Below the pieces are notes generated by a model. That model made no database searches. It was not told where the DNA came from and saw nothing but the letters and a program-made list of their open reading frames with translations. A DNA stretch of 32,000 nt, taken from contig CAWJMG010000001.1 of assembly GCA_963843975.1 (NCBI GenBank), positions 510,001-542,000 on the forward strand, given 5' to 3'. This DNA comes from an uncultured Actinomycetes bacterium. GTDB lineage: Bacteria; Actinomycetota; Actinomycetes; S36-B12; CAIYMF01. This document shows positions 10,471 through 18,431 of this stretch, piece by piece. Made by a program: the position numbers and the translations under genes. Every line of letters begins with the position of its first letter. Within the stretch, counting starts at the first letter, position 1.

Positions 10471-11628
10471 TCAGGCTGTCTCGGCGGCCAGGGCGGCGTA
10501 GCCGGGCTTGACGACGTCGTCGATGAGGGCGAGGCGCTCGTCGAACGGGATGAACGCCGACTTCAGCGCGTTGATCGTCACCCAGCGCATCTCGTCGAGC
10601 CCCCAGCCGAAGGCCTCCGACAGCGCCAGGAACTCACGCGACATCGAGGTGCCGGACATCAGCCGGTTGTCGGTGTTGACCGTCACGCGGAAGCGCAGCC
10701 GCGACAGCAGGCCGATCGGGTGCTGCGCGTACGACGCGGCGGCGCCGGTCTGGATGTTCGACGTCGGGCACATCTCGAGCGGGATGCGCTGGTCGCGGAC
10801 GTACTGCGCGAGCCGGCCGAGCGTGGCGTTGCCGTCGGCGTCCACGGTGATGTCGTCGACGATGCGGACGCCGTGACCGAGCCGGTCGCAGCCGCAGAAC
10901 GCGACGGCCTCGTGGATCGAGGGGAGCCCGAACGCCTCCCCCGCGTGGATCGTGATGTGGCAGGACTCGCCGCGCAGGTAGTCGAACGCGTCCTGGTGGC
11001 GGGACGGCGGGAAGCCTGCCTCGGCACCGGCGATGTCGAAGCCGACCACGCCGCGGTCGCGGTAGGCGACGACGAGGTCCGCGATCTCGCGCGACCGTGC
11101 GGCGGTGCGCATGGCCGTGAGCAGCGTCCCGACCTTGATGGGGTTGCCTGCCGCGGCCGCCGCGGCCGAGCCCTCACGGAAGCCCTCGAGCACCGCCTCG
11201 ACGACCTCCGTCAGCGCGAGGCCGCGCTCGACGTGCAGCTCAGGGGCGAAGCGGATCTCGGCGTACACGACGCCGTCGGCGGCGAGGTCCTGCGCGCACT
11301 CGGACGCGACCCGGGCGAGGGCGGACGGCGTCTGCATCACGCCGACGGTGTGCGCGAACGTCTCGAGGTAGCGCACGAGCGAGCCGGAGTCCGCCGCCTC
11401 GACGAACCAGCGCCCGAGCTCCTCGGCGTCGGTCGAGGGCAGCTTGTCGTACCCGGTCTCGGCCGCGAGCTCGATGATCGTCTGCGGGCGCAGGCCGCCG
11501 TCGAGGTGGTCGTGCAGCAGGGCCTTGGGGGCCCGCCGTACGACGTCGGCGGGCAGCACGGCGCGGGCTCCGGCGGAGTGGTCGCGCGGGGAGGAGGCGG
11601 GGTGGACGGGACCGGTCTCGACGCTCAT
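10471..11628 (-). CDS. add: Adenosine deaminase
   Basis: 385 aa with [11 protein letters not shown] (HxH metal site), [11 protein letters not shown] and [12 protein letters not shown]. Amidohydrolase-fold ADA pattern. Confidence 0.92.
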   Translation of the reverse strand: MSVETGPVHPASSPRDHSAGARAVLPADVVRRAPKALLHDHLDGGLRPQTIIELAAETGYDKLPSTDAEELGRWFVEAADSGSLVRYLETFAHTVGVMQTPSALARVASECAQDLAADGVVYAEIRFAPELHVERGLALTEVVEAVLEGFREGSAAAAAAGNPIKVGTLLTAMRTAARSREIADLVVAYRDRGVVGFDIAGAEAGFPPSRHQDAFDYLRGESCHITIHAGEAFGLPSIHEAVAFCGCDRLGHGVRIVDDITVDADGNATLGRLAQYVRDQRIPLEMCPTSNIQTGAAASYAQHPIGLLSRLRFRVTVNTDNRLMSGTSMSREFLALSEAFGWGLDEMRWVTINALKSAFIPFDERLALIDDVVKPGYAALAAETA

Positions 11629-11727
11629 CCCCGCACGGTAGCGGTCCGGGGGCCGCGTCGGTGACCGGGCAGCGACGTGCGTGCGAACACCGCATGTCGG
11701 ACGCCGTTGTGGTCGACCACGATCACG

Positions 11728-11733
11728 ATTCTA
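11728..11733 (-). promoter_or_regulatory. -10-like hexamer TAGAAT on the minus strand, about 100 nt upstream of add
   Basis: Minus strand reads ccctgccTAGAATcgtgatcg, in the relatively AT-richer add/orphan intergenic region. No experimental support. Confidence 0.3.
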
Positions 11734-11797
11734 GGCAGGGTTCGTACAGGTGAACTGCCGCTTGCTTCCCTAGGGCAGGAAATCGGGAGCGGGGGGG

Positions 11798-12289
11798 GTG
11801 GGGAAATCGCGTCCTCGGGCTCAACCTGAGGCCAGGAGTGCCGAAGACACCCATATGGAGCAGACCGCCGCCTCCCGGCTTCAGGAGCACGTCGAGATCA
11901 TCCGCCCTGCCGCGGTGCTCGAGAGCCGCGTCGCGACGCAGGTGCTCAACCACCTGCGCGAGCAGGACGTGTCGGTCGGCGGCGTGTGGAACGCCTCGGC
12001 GTCCGTGTGGCAGCGCTACGACCAGCCCTGGAACGGCGTCGGCGGCACCCGTGGCACGTCCGTGCTCCTCGGCACGGTCGCGGTCATGTACGACACCCCG
12101 GTGCGCCACGAGGTCACGATCTACCGCGTCACGGTGACCCCGGCGGGCCAGGAGCGCGGCATGACCGTCGAGCTGCTCTGCAACGACGCCCTGCAGGTCG
12201 CCGGCCTCACCCTGGCCGCGTGCCCGCGCGCCGAGGTCAGCAACATGCCCCGGACCGACCCGTTCAAGGCGCGCGTACCGGGCCAGTAG
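11798..12289 (+). CDS. Hypothetical protein with no family recognised by eye
   Basis: 163-aa ORF with protein-like composition (not the Arg/Gly/Pro-rich pattern of off-frame ORFs): ...VEIIRPAAVLESRVATQVLNHLREQDVSVGGVWNASASVWQRYDQPWNG...VTIYRVTVTPAGQERGMTVELLCNDALQ. GTG 11798 has GGGAG 8 nt upstream. ATG 11855 (MEQTAASR) is an alternative start. Confidence 0.55.
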   Translation: MGKSRPRAQPEARSAEDTHMEQTAASRLQEHVEIIRPAAVLESRVATQVLNHLREQDVSVGGVWNASASVWQRYDQPWNGVGGTRGTSVLLGTVAVMYDTPVRHEVTIYRVTVTPAGQERGMTVELLCNDALQVAGLTLAACPRAEVSNMPRTDPFKARVPGQ

Positions 12290-12292
12290 CCC

Positions 12293-12646
12293 TCAGTCCT
12301 CGCGGTTGACGAGTTCCGGGCCGAACGCCGGGAGGCAGACCGCGACGTACTCCGCGCCATCCTCGGCGGTCGAGTAGCGGATCCGCTCCCCCGCGTAGGT
12401 GATCACGGCCTGCCCTGCGTGCACGTGCAGGACGCCGCCCTCGTGCTCCACGACCACCGTGCCCTTGAGCACCACCGTGATCTCGTCGAAGGCCGGAGTC
12501 TGCGCCGGCTCCTCCCAGCCTGCGGGAGCCACCATGTGCGCGACCGACGCCGCCTCGGTGCCCGTGGTGACGCGGCCGACGTACTCGTCGATCGTCTTGC
12601 CGCCGGGCACGGGGATGCGGGTGGGGGCGTCGACGACGCGCGGCAT
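12293..12646 (-). CDS. Cupin-domain protein (117 aa), last gene of the nucleoside operon
   Basis: C-terminal 117 codons of track ORF 12293..12877. ATG 12646 lies 1 nt after the deoA stop (TGAcATG). Beta-barrel-like ...ITVVLKGTVVVEHEGGVLHVHAGQAVITYAGERIRY.... Confidence 0.7.
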   Translation of the reverse strand: MPRVVDAPTRIPVPGGKTIDEYVGRVTTGTEAASVAHMVAPAGWEEPAQTPAFDEITVVLKGTVVVEHEGGVLHVHAGQAVITYAGERIRYSTAEDGAEYVAVCLPAFGPELVNRED

Positions 12647-12647
12647 G

Positions 12648-13941
12648 TCAGGCTCCGATCTGGTCGATGACGAGCGGCAGGCGCACGACGGCCGAGCCGG
12701 GGTCGCCGATCTCCACGCCGCCGACGAGGTCTGCGAGCGCCGGCGCGAACCGGTCGGTGTCGTCGGCGTGCAGCGTGAGCAGCGGCTGCCCCGCGACGAC
12801 GGTGTCGCCGGGCTTGGCGTGCATCTCGATACCGGCGCCGGCACTGACCGGGTCCTCCTTGCGGGCGCGCCCGGCACCGAGCCGCCATGCCGAGACGCCG
12901 ACGGCGAGCGCGTCGAGGCGGGTGAGGACGCCGGAGCGCTCGGCCGTCACGACGTGCTGCTCGGCCGAGACCGGGAGCGCCGCGTCGGGGTCGCCGCCTT
13001 GTGCCGCGATCATCCGGCGCCAGGAGTCCATCGCCCGGCCGTCGCGCAGCACGTCCTCGGGGTCGGGGCCATGGACGCCGGCCAGCTCGAGCATCGTGCG
13101 CGCGAGGATCAGCGTGCAGCTCGACGACGTCGGCGGGGCCGCCGCCCGCGAGCACCTCGACCGACTCGCGCACCTCGAGCGCGTTGCCGGCGGTGAGCCC
13201 GAGCGGGGTGTCCATCGCCGTCAGCAGCGCGCGGGTGCGTACGCCGGCATCCTCGCCGAGCGCGACCATGCGCTCGGCCAGCGCCCGGGCCCGTGCCTCG
13301 TCCTTCATGAACGCGCCCGAGCCGACCTTCACGTCGAGCACCAGCGCACCAGTGCCCTCGGCGATCTTCTTGCTCATGATGCTGCTCGCGATGAGCGGGA
13401 TCGCCTCGACCGTGCCGGTGACGTCGCGCAGGGCGTAGAGCTTCTTGTCCGCGGGGGCGAGGCCGTCGCCCGCGGCGCAGATCACCGCGCCGACGTCGCG
13501 CAGGACGGTGAGCATCTCCTCGTTCGACAGCGACGCGCGCCAGCCCGGGATCGACTCGAGCTTGTCGAGGGTGCCGCCGGTGTGGCCGAGACCCCGGCCG
13601 GACAGTTGCGGCACCGCCGCGCCGCACGCCGCGACGATCGGGGCGAGCGGCAGCGTGATCTTGTCGCCGACCCCGCCCGTGGAGTGCTTGTCCGCCGTCG
13701 GACGGCCTACCGTGCTGAAGTCCATCCGCTCGCCGCTCGCGATCATCGCTGCGGTCCAGCGGGCGATCTCGCGCGGCGTCATGTCGTTGAGCAGGATGGC
13801 CATGGCGAGCGAGGACATCTGCTCGTCGGCGACGACGCCGCGCGTGTAGGCGTCGACCACCCAGTCGATCTGCTCGTCGGTGAGCTCGCGCTTGTCGCGC
13901 TTGGCGACGATCACGTCGACCGCTGCGAACTTCTCAGCCAT
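12648..13941 (-). pseudogene. deoA: Thymidine/pyrimidine-nucleoside phosphorylase, reading frame broken by one extra nucleotide near 13116
   Basis: The N-terminal 275 codons (13941..13117) include KRDKRELTDEQIDWVV, DKHSTGGVGDK, SGRGLGHTGGTLDKLES and end ...GGGPADVVEL. The C-terminal 155 codons lie in the +1 frame (13115..12651): TLILARTMLELAGVHGPDPEDVL...AGIEMHAKPGD...LPLVIDQIGA. Locus length is 1294 nt (3n+1). ATG 13941 overlaps the cdd stop by 8 nt (ATGGCTGA). Confidence 0.85.
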
Positions 13942-14347
13942 AGGACTCACCCGTCACGTGCGAGAGGTCGGAGACGCCGAAGGCCTGCGGGAGCACCTCG
14001 GTCATCGGGAGGATGCCGAGCGGCGTGGCCACGAGACACTCGGGGCCGCCGTTCTCCCAGAGCAGCTGGCGGCACCGGCCGCACGGCATGAGCGGGTCGC
14101 CGTTGGCGTCGACGCACGCCACGGCCACCAGACGGCCGCCGCCACCCGCGTGGAGCGAGGACACCATGCCGCACTCGGCGCACAGCGCCACGCCGTACGC
14201 CGCGTTCTCGACGTTGCAGCCGACCACGATGCGGCCGTCGTCGACGAGGCCGGCGACACCGACACGGAACCGGCTGTACGGCGCGTAGGCGTGCTGCATC
14301 ACCTGCACCGCGGCCTCCGTGAGGCGCGGCCAGTCGATCTCGGGCAC
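13934..14347 (-). CDS. cdd: Cytidine deaminase
   Basis: 137 aa with zinc motifs CAECG and PCGRCRQ and N-terminal APYSRFRVGVA. GTG start is 3 nt after the permease stop. Confidence 0.93.
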   Translation of the reverse strand: MPEIDWPRLTEAAVQVMQHAYAPYSRFRVGVAGLVDDGRIVVGCNVENAAYGVALCAECGMVSSLHAGGGGRLVAVACVDANGDPLMPCGRCRQLLWENGGPECLVATPLGILPMTEVLPQAFGVSDLSHVTGESYG

Positions 14348-14350
14348 GGC

Positions 14351-15619
14351 CTAGTGCTCCTCGCCCTTGAGGTATGGCTTGCCGTCGGCGGCCGGCATGC
14401 GCAGGCGTTGGGACGCGAGCGACAGCACGAGCAGCGTGGCGACGTACGGCGTCACGAACGCGACCTGCGGGGCGACGTCGTCGGTGGTCCAGTACCAGAG
14501 GAACACCAGCACGGCCATGACGATCGAGATGACGCCGCTGACGGTCTTGTGCTTGTAGATCAACCAGATGCCGTAGCCCACCAGCAGGATCGCGGTGAGG
14601 AGCAGAAGCGCGTGGACGGCACCGCCGCCGCGCAGCTGCAGGGCGTCGGTGTAGCCGAACAGCCCGGCCCCGGCGGCGAGGCCGCCCGGGCGCCAGTTGC
14701 CGAAGATCATGGCGGCGAGGCCGATGTAACCACGACCGGCCGTCTGGCCCTCGCGGTAGATCTGCGCGGCCACGATCGCGAGGTAGGCACCGCCGAGGCC
14801 GGCGAAGGCGCCCGACATCACCACCGCGATGTACTTGTACTTGCGGACGTTCACGCCCAGCGTCGCTGCGGCGTACGGCGCCTCGCCGCACGAGCGGAGA
14901 CGCAGGCCGAACGCCGTGCGCCACAGGACGAAGAACGACCCGATGAGCGCGAGGAGCGCGAGGATCGTGATGTAGCTGACGTTCGTCGTGATGCCTGCGA
15001 TGACGCCGGCGAGGTCGCTGATGAGGAACCAGCCCTTGTCGGCGATGCCTTCGGCTGCGTCCGAGATCCCCGGCAGCGTGATCGACCCCATCGTGTCGAT
15101 GCGCGGCGACTGGGTGGCGCCACCGCCCGGGACGCCCTGGAAGAGCTCGGCCGCGAGGAACTGGGTGATACCGACGGCGAGGATGTTGATCGCGACGCCG
15201 CTGACGATCTGGTCGACCGCGAAGGTGACGGTAGCCACCGCGTGCAGCAGGCCGCCAAGGGCACCGAACGCGATCGCCACCGCGAGGCCTACCCACGGGC
15301 CCCACTGGTAGCCGGCCCAGCCGGCGCCGAAGGTGCCGAGGATCATCATGCCCTCGAGGCCGATGTTGACCACGCCCGAGCGCTCCGACCACAGGCCGCC
15401 GAGACCCGCCATCGCGATCGGCACCGAGAGGCCCAGCGCCGCCGAGATCGTGCCGGCCGAGGTGAGGTTGGTGACGCCGGTGATGATGCGGACGGTCGAG
15501 AGCAGCAGGAGCAGCACCGAGGCCAGGTAGAGCAGACGGAGTCCCTTGCCGGCAGGGAGCCGACGTGCTCGCGGCGGCTCGGCCACCGCCTCGGTGCGGG
15601 TGACGGTGTCGGCGCTCAT
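14351..15619 (-). CDS. ABC transporter permease (nucleoside/BMP-type uptake system, second permease)
   Basis: 422-aa polytopic membrane protein. Its ATG overlaps the upstream permease stop (ATGA). It sits in the BMP-ATPase-permease-permease order typical of nucleoside ABC importers. Confidence 0.85.
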   Translation of the reverse strand: MSADTVTRTEAVAEPPRARRLPAGKGLRLLYLASVLLLLLSTVRIITGVTNLTSAGTISAALGLSVPIAMAGLGGLWSERSGVVNIGLEGMMILGTFGAGWAGYQWGPWVGLAVAIAFGALGGLLHAVATVTFAVDQIVSGVAINILAVGITQFLAAELFQGVPGGGATQSPRIDTMGSITLPGISDAAEGIADKGWFLISDLAGVIAGITTNVSYITILALLALIGSFFVLWRTAFGLRLRSCGEAPYAAATLGVNVRKYKYIAVVMSGAFAGLGGAYLAIVAAQIYREGQTAGRGYIGLAAMIFGNWRPGGLAAGAGLFGYTDALQLRGGGAVHALLLLTAILLVGYGIWLIYKHKTVSGVISIVMAVLVFLWYWTTDDVAPQVAFVTPYVATLLVLSLASQRLRMPAADGKPYLKGEEH

Positions 15620-16731
15620 GCCACGGCCTCCTTCTCCGCGACCTCGGTCACGAGCTGACGTCCGACGTCCTGGGCCACGGCCCGGATGCGGTAGCGGCGT
15701 ACGAGCTCATAGGCGATGACCACCGAGAGCACGATGACGCCCTGCATGATGAGGACGGTCTGCTTGGGGATGCCCTGGAACTCGAGGCTGTTGGAGGTGT
15801 TGTCGAGGAACGCCCACAGCAGCGCGCCGAAAGCGATGCCGATGGGCGAGTTGCGACCGAGCAGAGCGATCGCGATGCCCGTGAAGCCGAGCCCGGTCGG
15901 GAAGTCGAGGCTGTAGGTGTACGACGACCCGAGCAGCTGCGGCATGCCCACGAGACCAGCGACGGCGCCCGAGAGCAGCATCGCGTAGACGACCATGCGG
16001 CCGACGTTGACGCCGGAGGCGACGGCGGCGGGCTCGGACGAGCCGGTCGCACGCAGGTCGAAGCCGAAGCGGGTGCGGTTGAGCAGGAACCAGTAGCCGA
16101 GGCCCACGAGTGCGGCGACGACGATGAAGCCGTACACCTCGTTCTTCGTCCCGGGGATGATGGCCATGCCCGGGACCTGGCCGGACTCGGGGATCGGCTT
16201 GGTGCCGATGTTGTTCGACCCGGCGACCGACTCTGCGAGGCGGCCCGGCGTCAGCAGGAACGCGACCAGCCCGGTGGCGATGAAGTTGAGCATGATCGTC
16301 GAGATGACCTCGCTGACGCCGCGGGTCACCTTGAGGAGGCCGGCGATGCCCGCCCAGAAGGCACCGACGAGCATCGCGACGCCGACGATGAGCCCGACGT
16401 GCAGGACGGGCGGAAGCACGACCGCGCCACCGACGGCGGCGGCCAGCATGGCGGCGAGCCGGTACTGCCCGTCGACACCGATGTTGAACAGGTTCATCTT
16501 GAAGCCGATGGCGACCGCGACCGCTGAGAAGTAGTAGGTGGTCGCGGAGTTCAGGATGTTGACCTGGATGCGGGGCTTGGTGAGCCCCTCGAGCATCGTC
16601 GTGAAGGCGGTGATCGGGTTGTTGCCCGCCGCGACGAGCACCACGGACGTGACGACGAGCGCGAAGACGATCGCGAGCAGGGGCGCGGCGACAGCGAGGC
16701 CGATGCGGTTGAGGCTGAAGCGTCCGGACAT
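15616..16731 (-). CDS. ABC transporter permease (nucleoside/BMP-type uptake system, first permease)
   Basis: 371-aa polytopic membrane protein. Its ATG overlaps the ATPase stop (ATGA at 16731). Confidence 0.85.
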   Translation of the reverse strand: MSGRFSLNRIGLAVAAPLLAIVFALVVTSVVLVAAGNNPITAFTTMLEGLTKPRIQVNILNSATTYYFSAVAVAIGFKMNLFNIGVDGQYRLAAMLAAAVGGAVVLPPVLHVGLIVGVAMLVGAFWAGIAGLLKVTRGVSEVISTIMLNFIATGLVAFLLTPGRLAESVAGSNNIGTKPIPESGQVPGMAIIPGTKNEVYGFIVVAALVGLGYWFLLNRTRFGFDLRATGSSEPAAVASGVNVGRMVVYAMLLSGAVAGLVGMPQLLGSSYTYSLDFPTGLGFTGIAIALLGRNSPIGIAFGALLWAFLDNTSNSLEFQGIPKQTVLIMQGVIVLSVVIAYELVRRYRIRAVAQDVGRQLVTEVAEKEAVA

Positions 16732-18278
16732 CAGGCTGCACCCTCCGCGCCGGTCATGGCCGAGCCGAGCTGCTCGGGTGTGACGGTGGAAGGGTCGGCA
16801 TCCGCGACGAGCTTGCCGCGGAGCATCACCTTGATGGAGTCGGACAGGCCGATCAGCTCGTCGAGGTCGGCCGAGATGAGGAGCACCGCAAGACCCTTCG
16901 AGCGGGCCTCCTTCAGGAGGTCCCAGATGGCCGCCTGGGCGCCCACGTCGACGCCGCGGGTGGGGTGGGAGGCGATGAGCACGGACGGGTTGCTGCTCAT
17001 CTCGCGGCCGACGATGAGCTTCTGCTGGTTGCCGCCGGAGAGCGCGGAGGCGAGCACGTCGATCGAGGGGGTGCGGACGTCGTACTCGTCGACGATCCGC
17101 TGGGTGTCGGCGCGGGCGCCCTTGACGTCGATGAGCGCGCCCTTGCTGTTGGGCGGCTGCGTCTGGTGCCCCAGCATCCGGTTCTCCCAGAGCGGCGACT
17201 CGAGCAGCAGCCCGTGCCGGATGCGGTCCTCGGCGATGTACGCGATGCCCGACTCGCGCCGACGTCGCGTGCTCCAGGCGGTGATGTCCTCGCCGGCGAG
17301 GCGCACGCTGCCGGACGTCGCCCTGCGCATGCCCATGACCGTCTCGACGAGCTCGGCCTGTCCGTTCCCCTCGACGCCGGCGATGCCGAGCACCTCGCCG
17401 CGGTGGATGGTGAACGAGACGTCGGACAGCAGCGCTCGGCCGCCGCGGTCGACGAGGGTGAGGCCCTCGATCACGATCTCCTCGACGTCGGTGACGGTCG
17501 ACTCGCGCGTCTCGGGCGTGGGGAGCTCGCTGCCGACCATGAGCTCGGCGAGCTTGCGGGCGGTGACGTCGGCGGGGAGCACCGAGGCGACGGTGGTGCC
17601 GCGGCGGATGACGGTGATCTCGTCGGCGACCTTGAGCACCTCGTCGAGCTTGTGCGAGATGAACAGGATCGCGAGGCCCTCGCTCTTGAGCTCGCGGAGC
17701 GCGTCGAACAGCTCGTCGACCTCCTGCGGCACCAGCACGGCGGTGGGCTCGTCGAGGATCAGGGTGCGTGCGCCGCGGTAGAGGACCTTGAGGATCTCGA
17801 CGCGCTGTCGCTCGCCGACGCCGAGGTCCTCGACGAGGGAGTCCGGGGTGACGTCGAGGCCGTAGCGGTCGGAGATCTCCAGGATGCGCGCTCGGGCGAG
17901 GTCGTAGTCCAGGCGCATGCCGCGCTTGGGCTCGCTGCCGAGGACGACGTTCTCGAGGACCGTCAGGTTGTCGGCGAGCTGGAAGTGCTGGTGCACCATG
18001 CCCACGCCGCGTGCGATGGCGTCGCTGGGGCTGGTGAGCGCGACCTGCTCGCCGTCCAGGGTGATCGTGCCGCTGTCGGGGCGGTGCATCCCGTACAGCG
18101 TCTTCATGAGCGTGGACTTGCCCGCGCCGTTCTCCCCGACGATCGCGTGCACGGTCCCTCGGCGCACCCGGAGGTTGATGTCCTTGTTGGCGACCACACC
18201 GGGGAACGTCTTGGTGATGTCGCGCAGCTCGACCGCGAACGGGGCGGTTCCTGGGCCGGGGTCAGACAGGGTGCTGAT
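16731..18278 (-). CDS. ABC transporter ATP-binding protein with duplicated ATPase domains; probable non-canonical ATC start
   Basis: Walker A GENGAGKST, signature LGVGERQRVEI, Walker B LILDEPT. The second domain has GVEGNGQ, LSGGNQQK and LLISADLDE. The track ORF starts at GTG 18197, but the in-frame upstream codons encode the conserved first strand FAVELRDITKTFPG. The only in-frame starts after stop 18287..18285 are ATC 18278 (AAGGAG 9 nt upstream) and CTG 18269. Confidence 0.85.
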   Translation of the reverse strand: MSTLSDPGPGTAPFAVELRDITKTFPGVVANKDINLRVRRGTVHAIVGENGAGKSTLMKTLYGMHRPDSGTITLDGEQVALTSPSDAIARGVGMVHQHFQLADNLTVLENVVLGSEPKRGMRLDYDLARARILEISDRYGLDVTPDSLVEDLGVGERQRVEILKVLYRGARTLILDEPTAVLVPQEVDELFDALRELKSEGLAILFISHKLDEVLKVADEITVIRRGTTVASVLPADVTARKLAELMVGSELPTPETRESTVTDVEEIVIEGLTLVDRGGRALLSDVSFTIHRGEVLGIAGVEGNGQAELVETVMGMRRATSGSVRLAGEDITAWSTRRRRESGIAYIAEDRIRHGLLLESPLWENRMLGHQTQPPNSKGALIDVKGARADTQRIVDEYDVRTPSIDVLASALSGGNQQKLIVGREMSSNPSVLIASHPTRGVDVGAQAAIWDLLKEARSKGLAVLLISADLDELIGLSDSIKVMLRGKLVADADPSTVTPEQLGSAMTGAEGAA

Positions 18279-18380
18279 GGCTGCTCACTCCTTGACGGAT
18301 CAGCGGGCGTGGCCGGCAGACCGTGGGAACGACGCCGGGCCCGACCCGCACGCTACACGCACGGATCGGGCCCGGTCCGG

Positions 18381-18417
18381 TGATCGTGGGGTGCGTCAGC
18401 GACGCACCCCACGATCA
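18381..18417 (-). promoter_or_regulatory. Perfect 17-bp-stem hairpin between the binding-protein gene and the ATPase gene
   Basis: tgatcgtggggtgcgtc-agc-gacgcaccccacgatca. No U-tract follows on the minus strand, so it is more likely an mRNA-stabilising or attenuating stem-loop than a full intrinsic terminator. Confidence 0.5.
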
Positions 18418-18431
18418 GCCGAGAGGCGTCG

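Noticed and set aside
13100-13130. Programmed ribosomal frameshifting or transcriptional slippage at the deoA, mutase and trpS shift sites
   Set aside because: None of the three sites (13116, about 20130, 23477) has a slippery heptamer, a homopolymer run, a rare or stop codon pause context of the prfB type, or an obvious downstream stimulatory structure. GAG-CTG-C-AC offers no tRNA re-pairing in the +1 frame.
12403-13950. 515-aa ORF as the full deoA product, with start at GTG 13950
   Set aside because: Only the first ~275 residues are phosphorylase-like, and the remainder is Arg/Pro/Ala-rich nonsense overlapping the cupin gene in another frame. ATG 13941 forms the typical ATGGCTGA overlap with the cdd stop, so it is preferred over GTG 13950.
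13880-18383. Long plus-strand ORFs 13880..15658 (592 aa) and 16965..18383 (472 aa), plus several 100-480-aa ORFs on both strands across the ABC operon
   Set aside because: All lie antisense or off-frame to clearly recognisable permease, ATPase and cdd genes. They have the Arg/Asp/Gly/His-rich composition of GC-rich non-coding frames.
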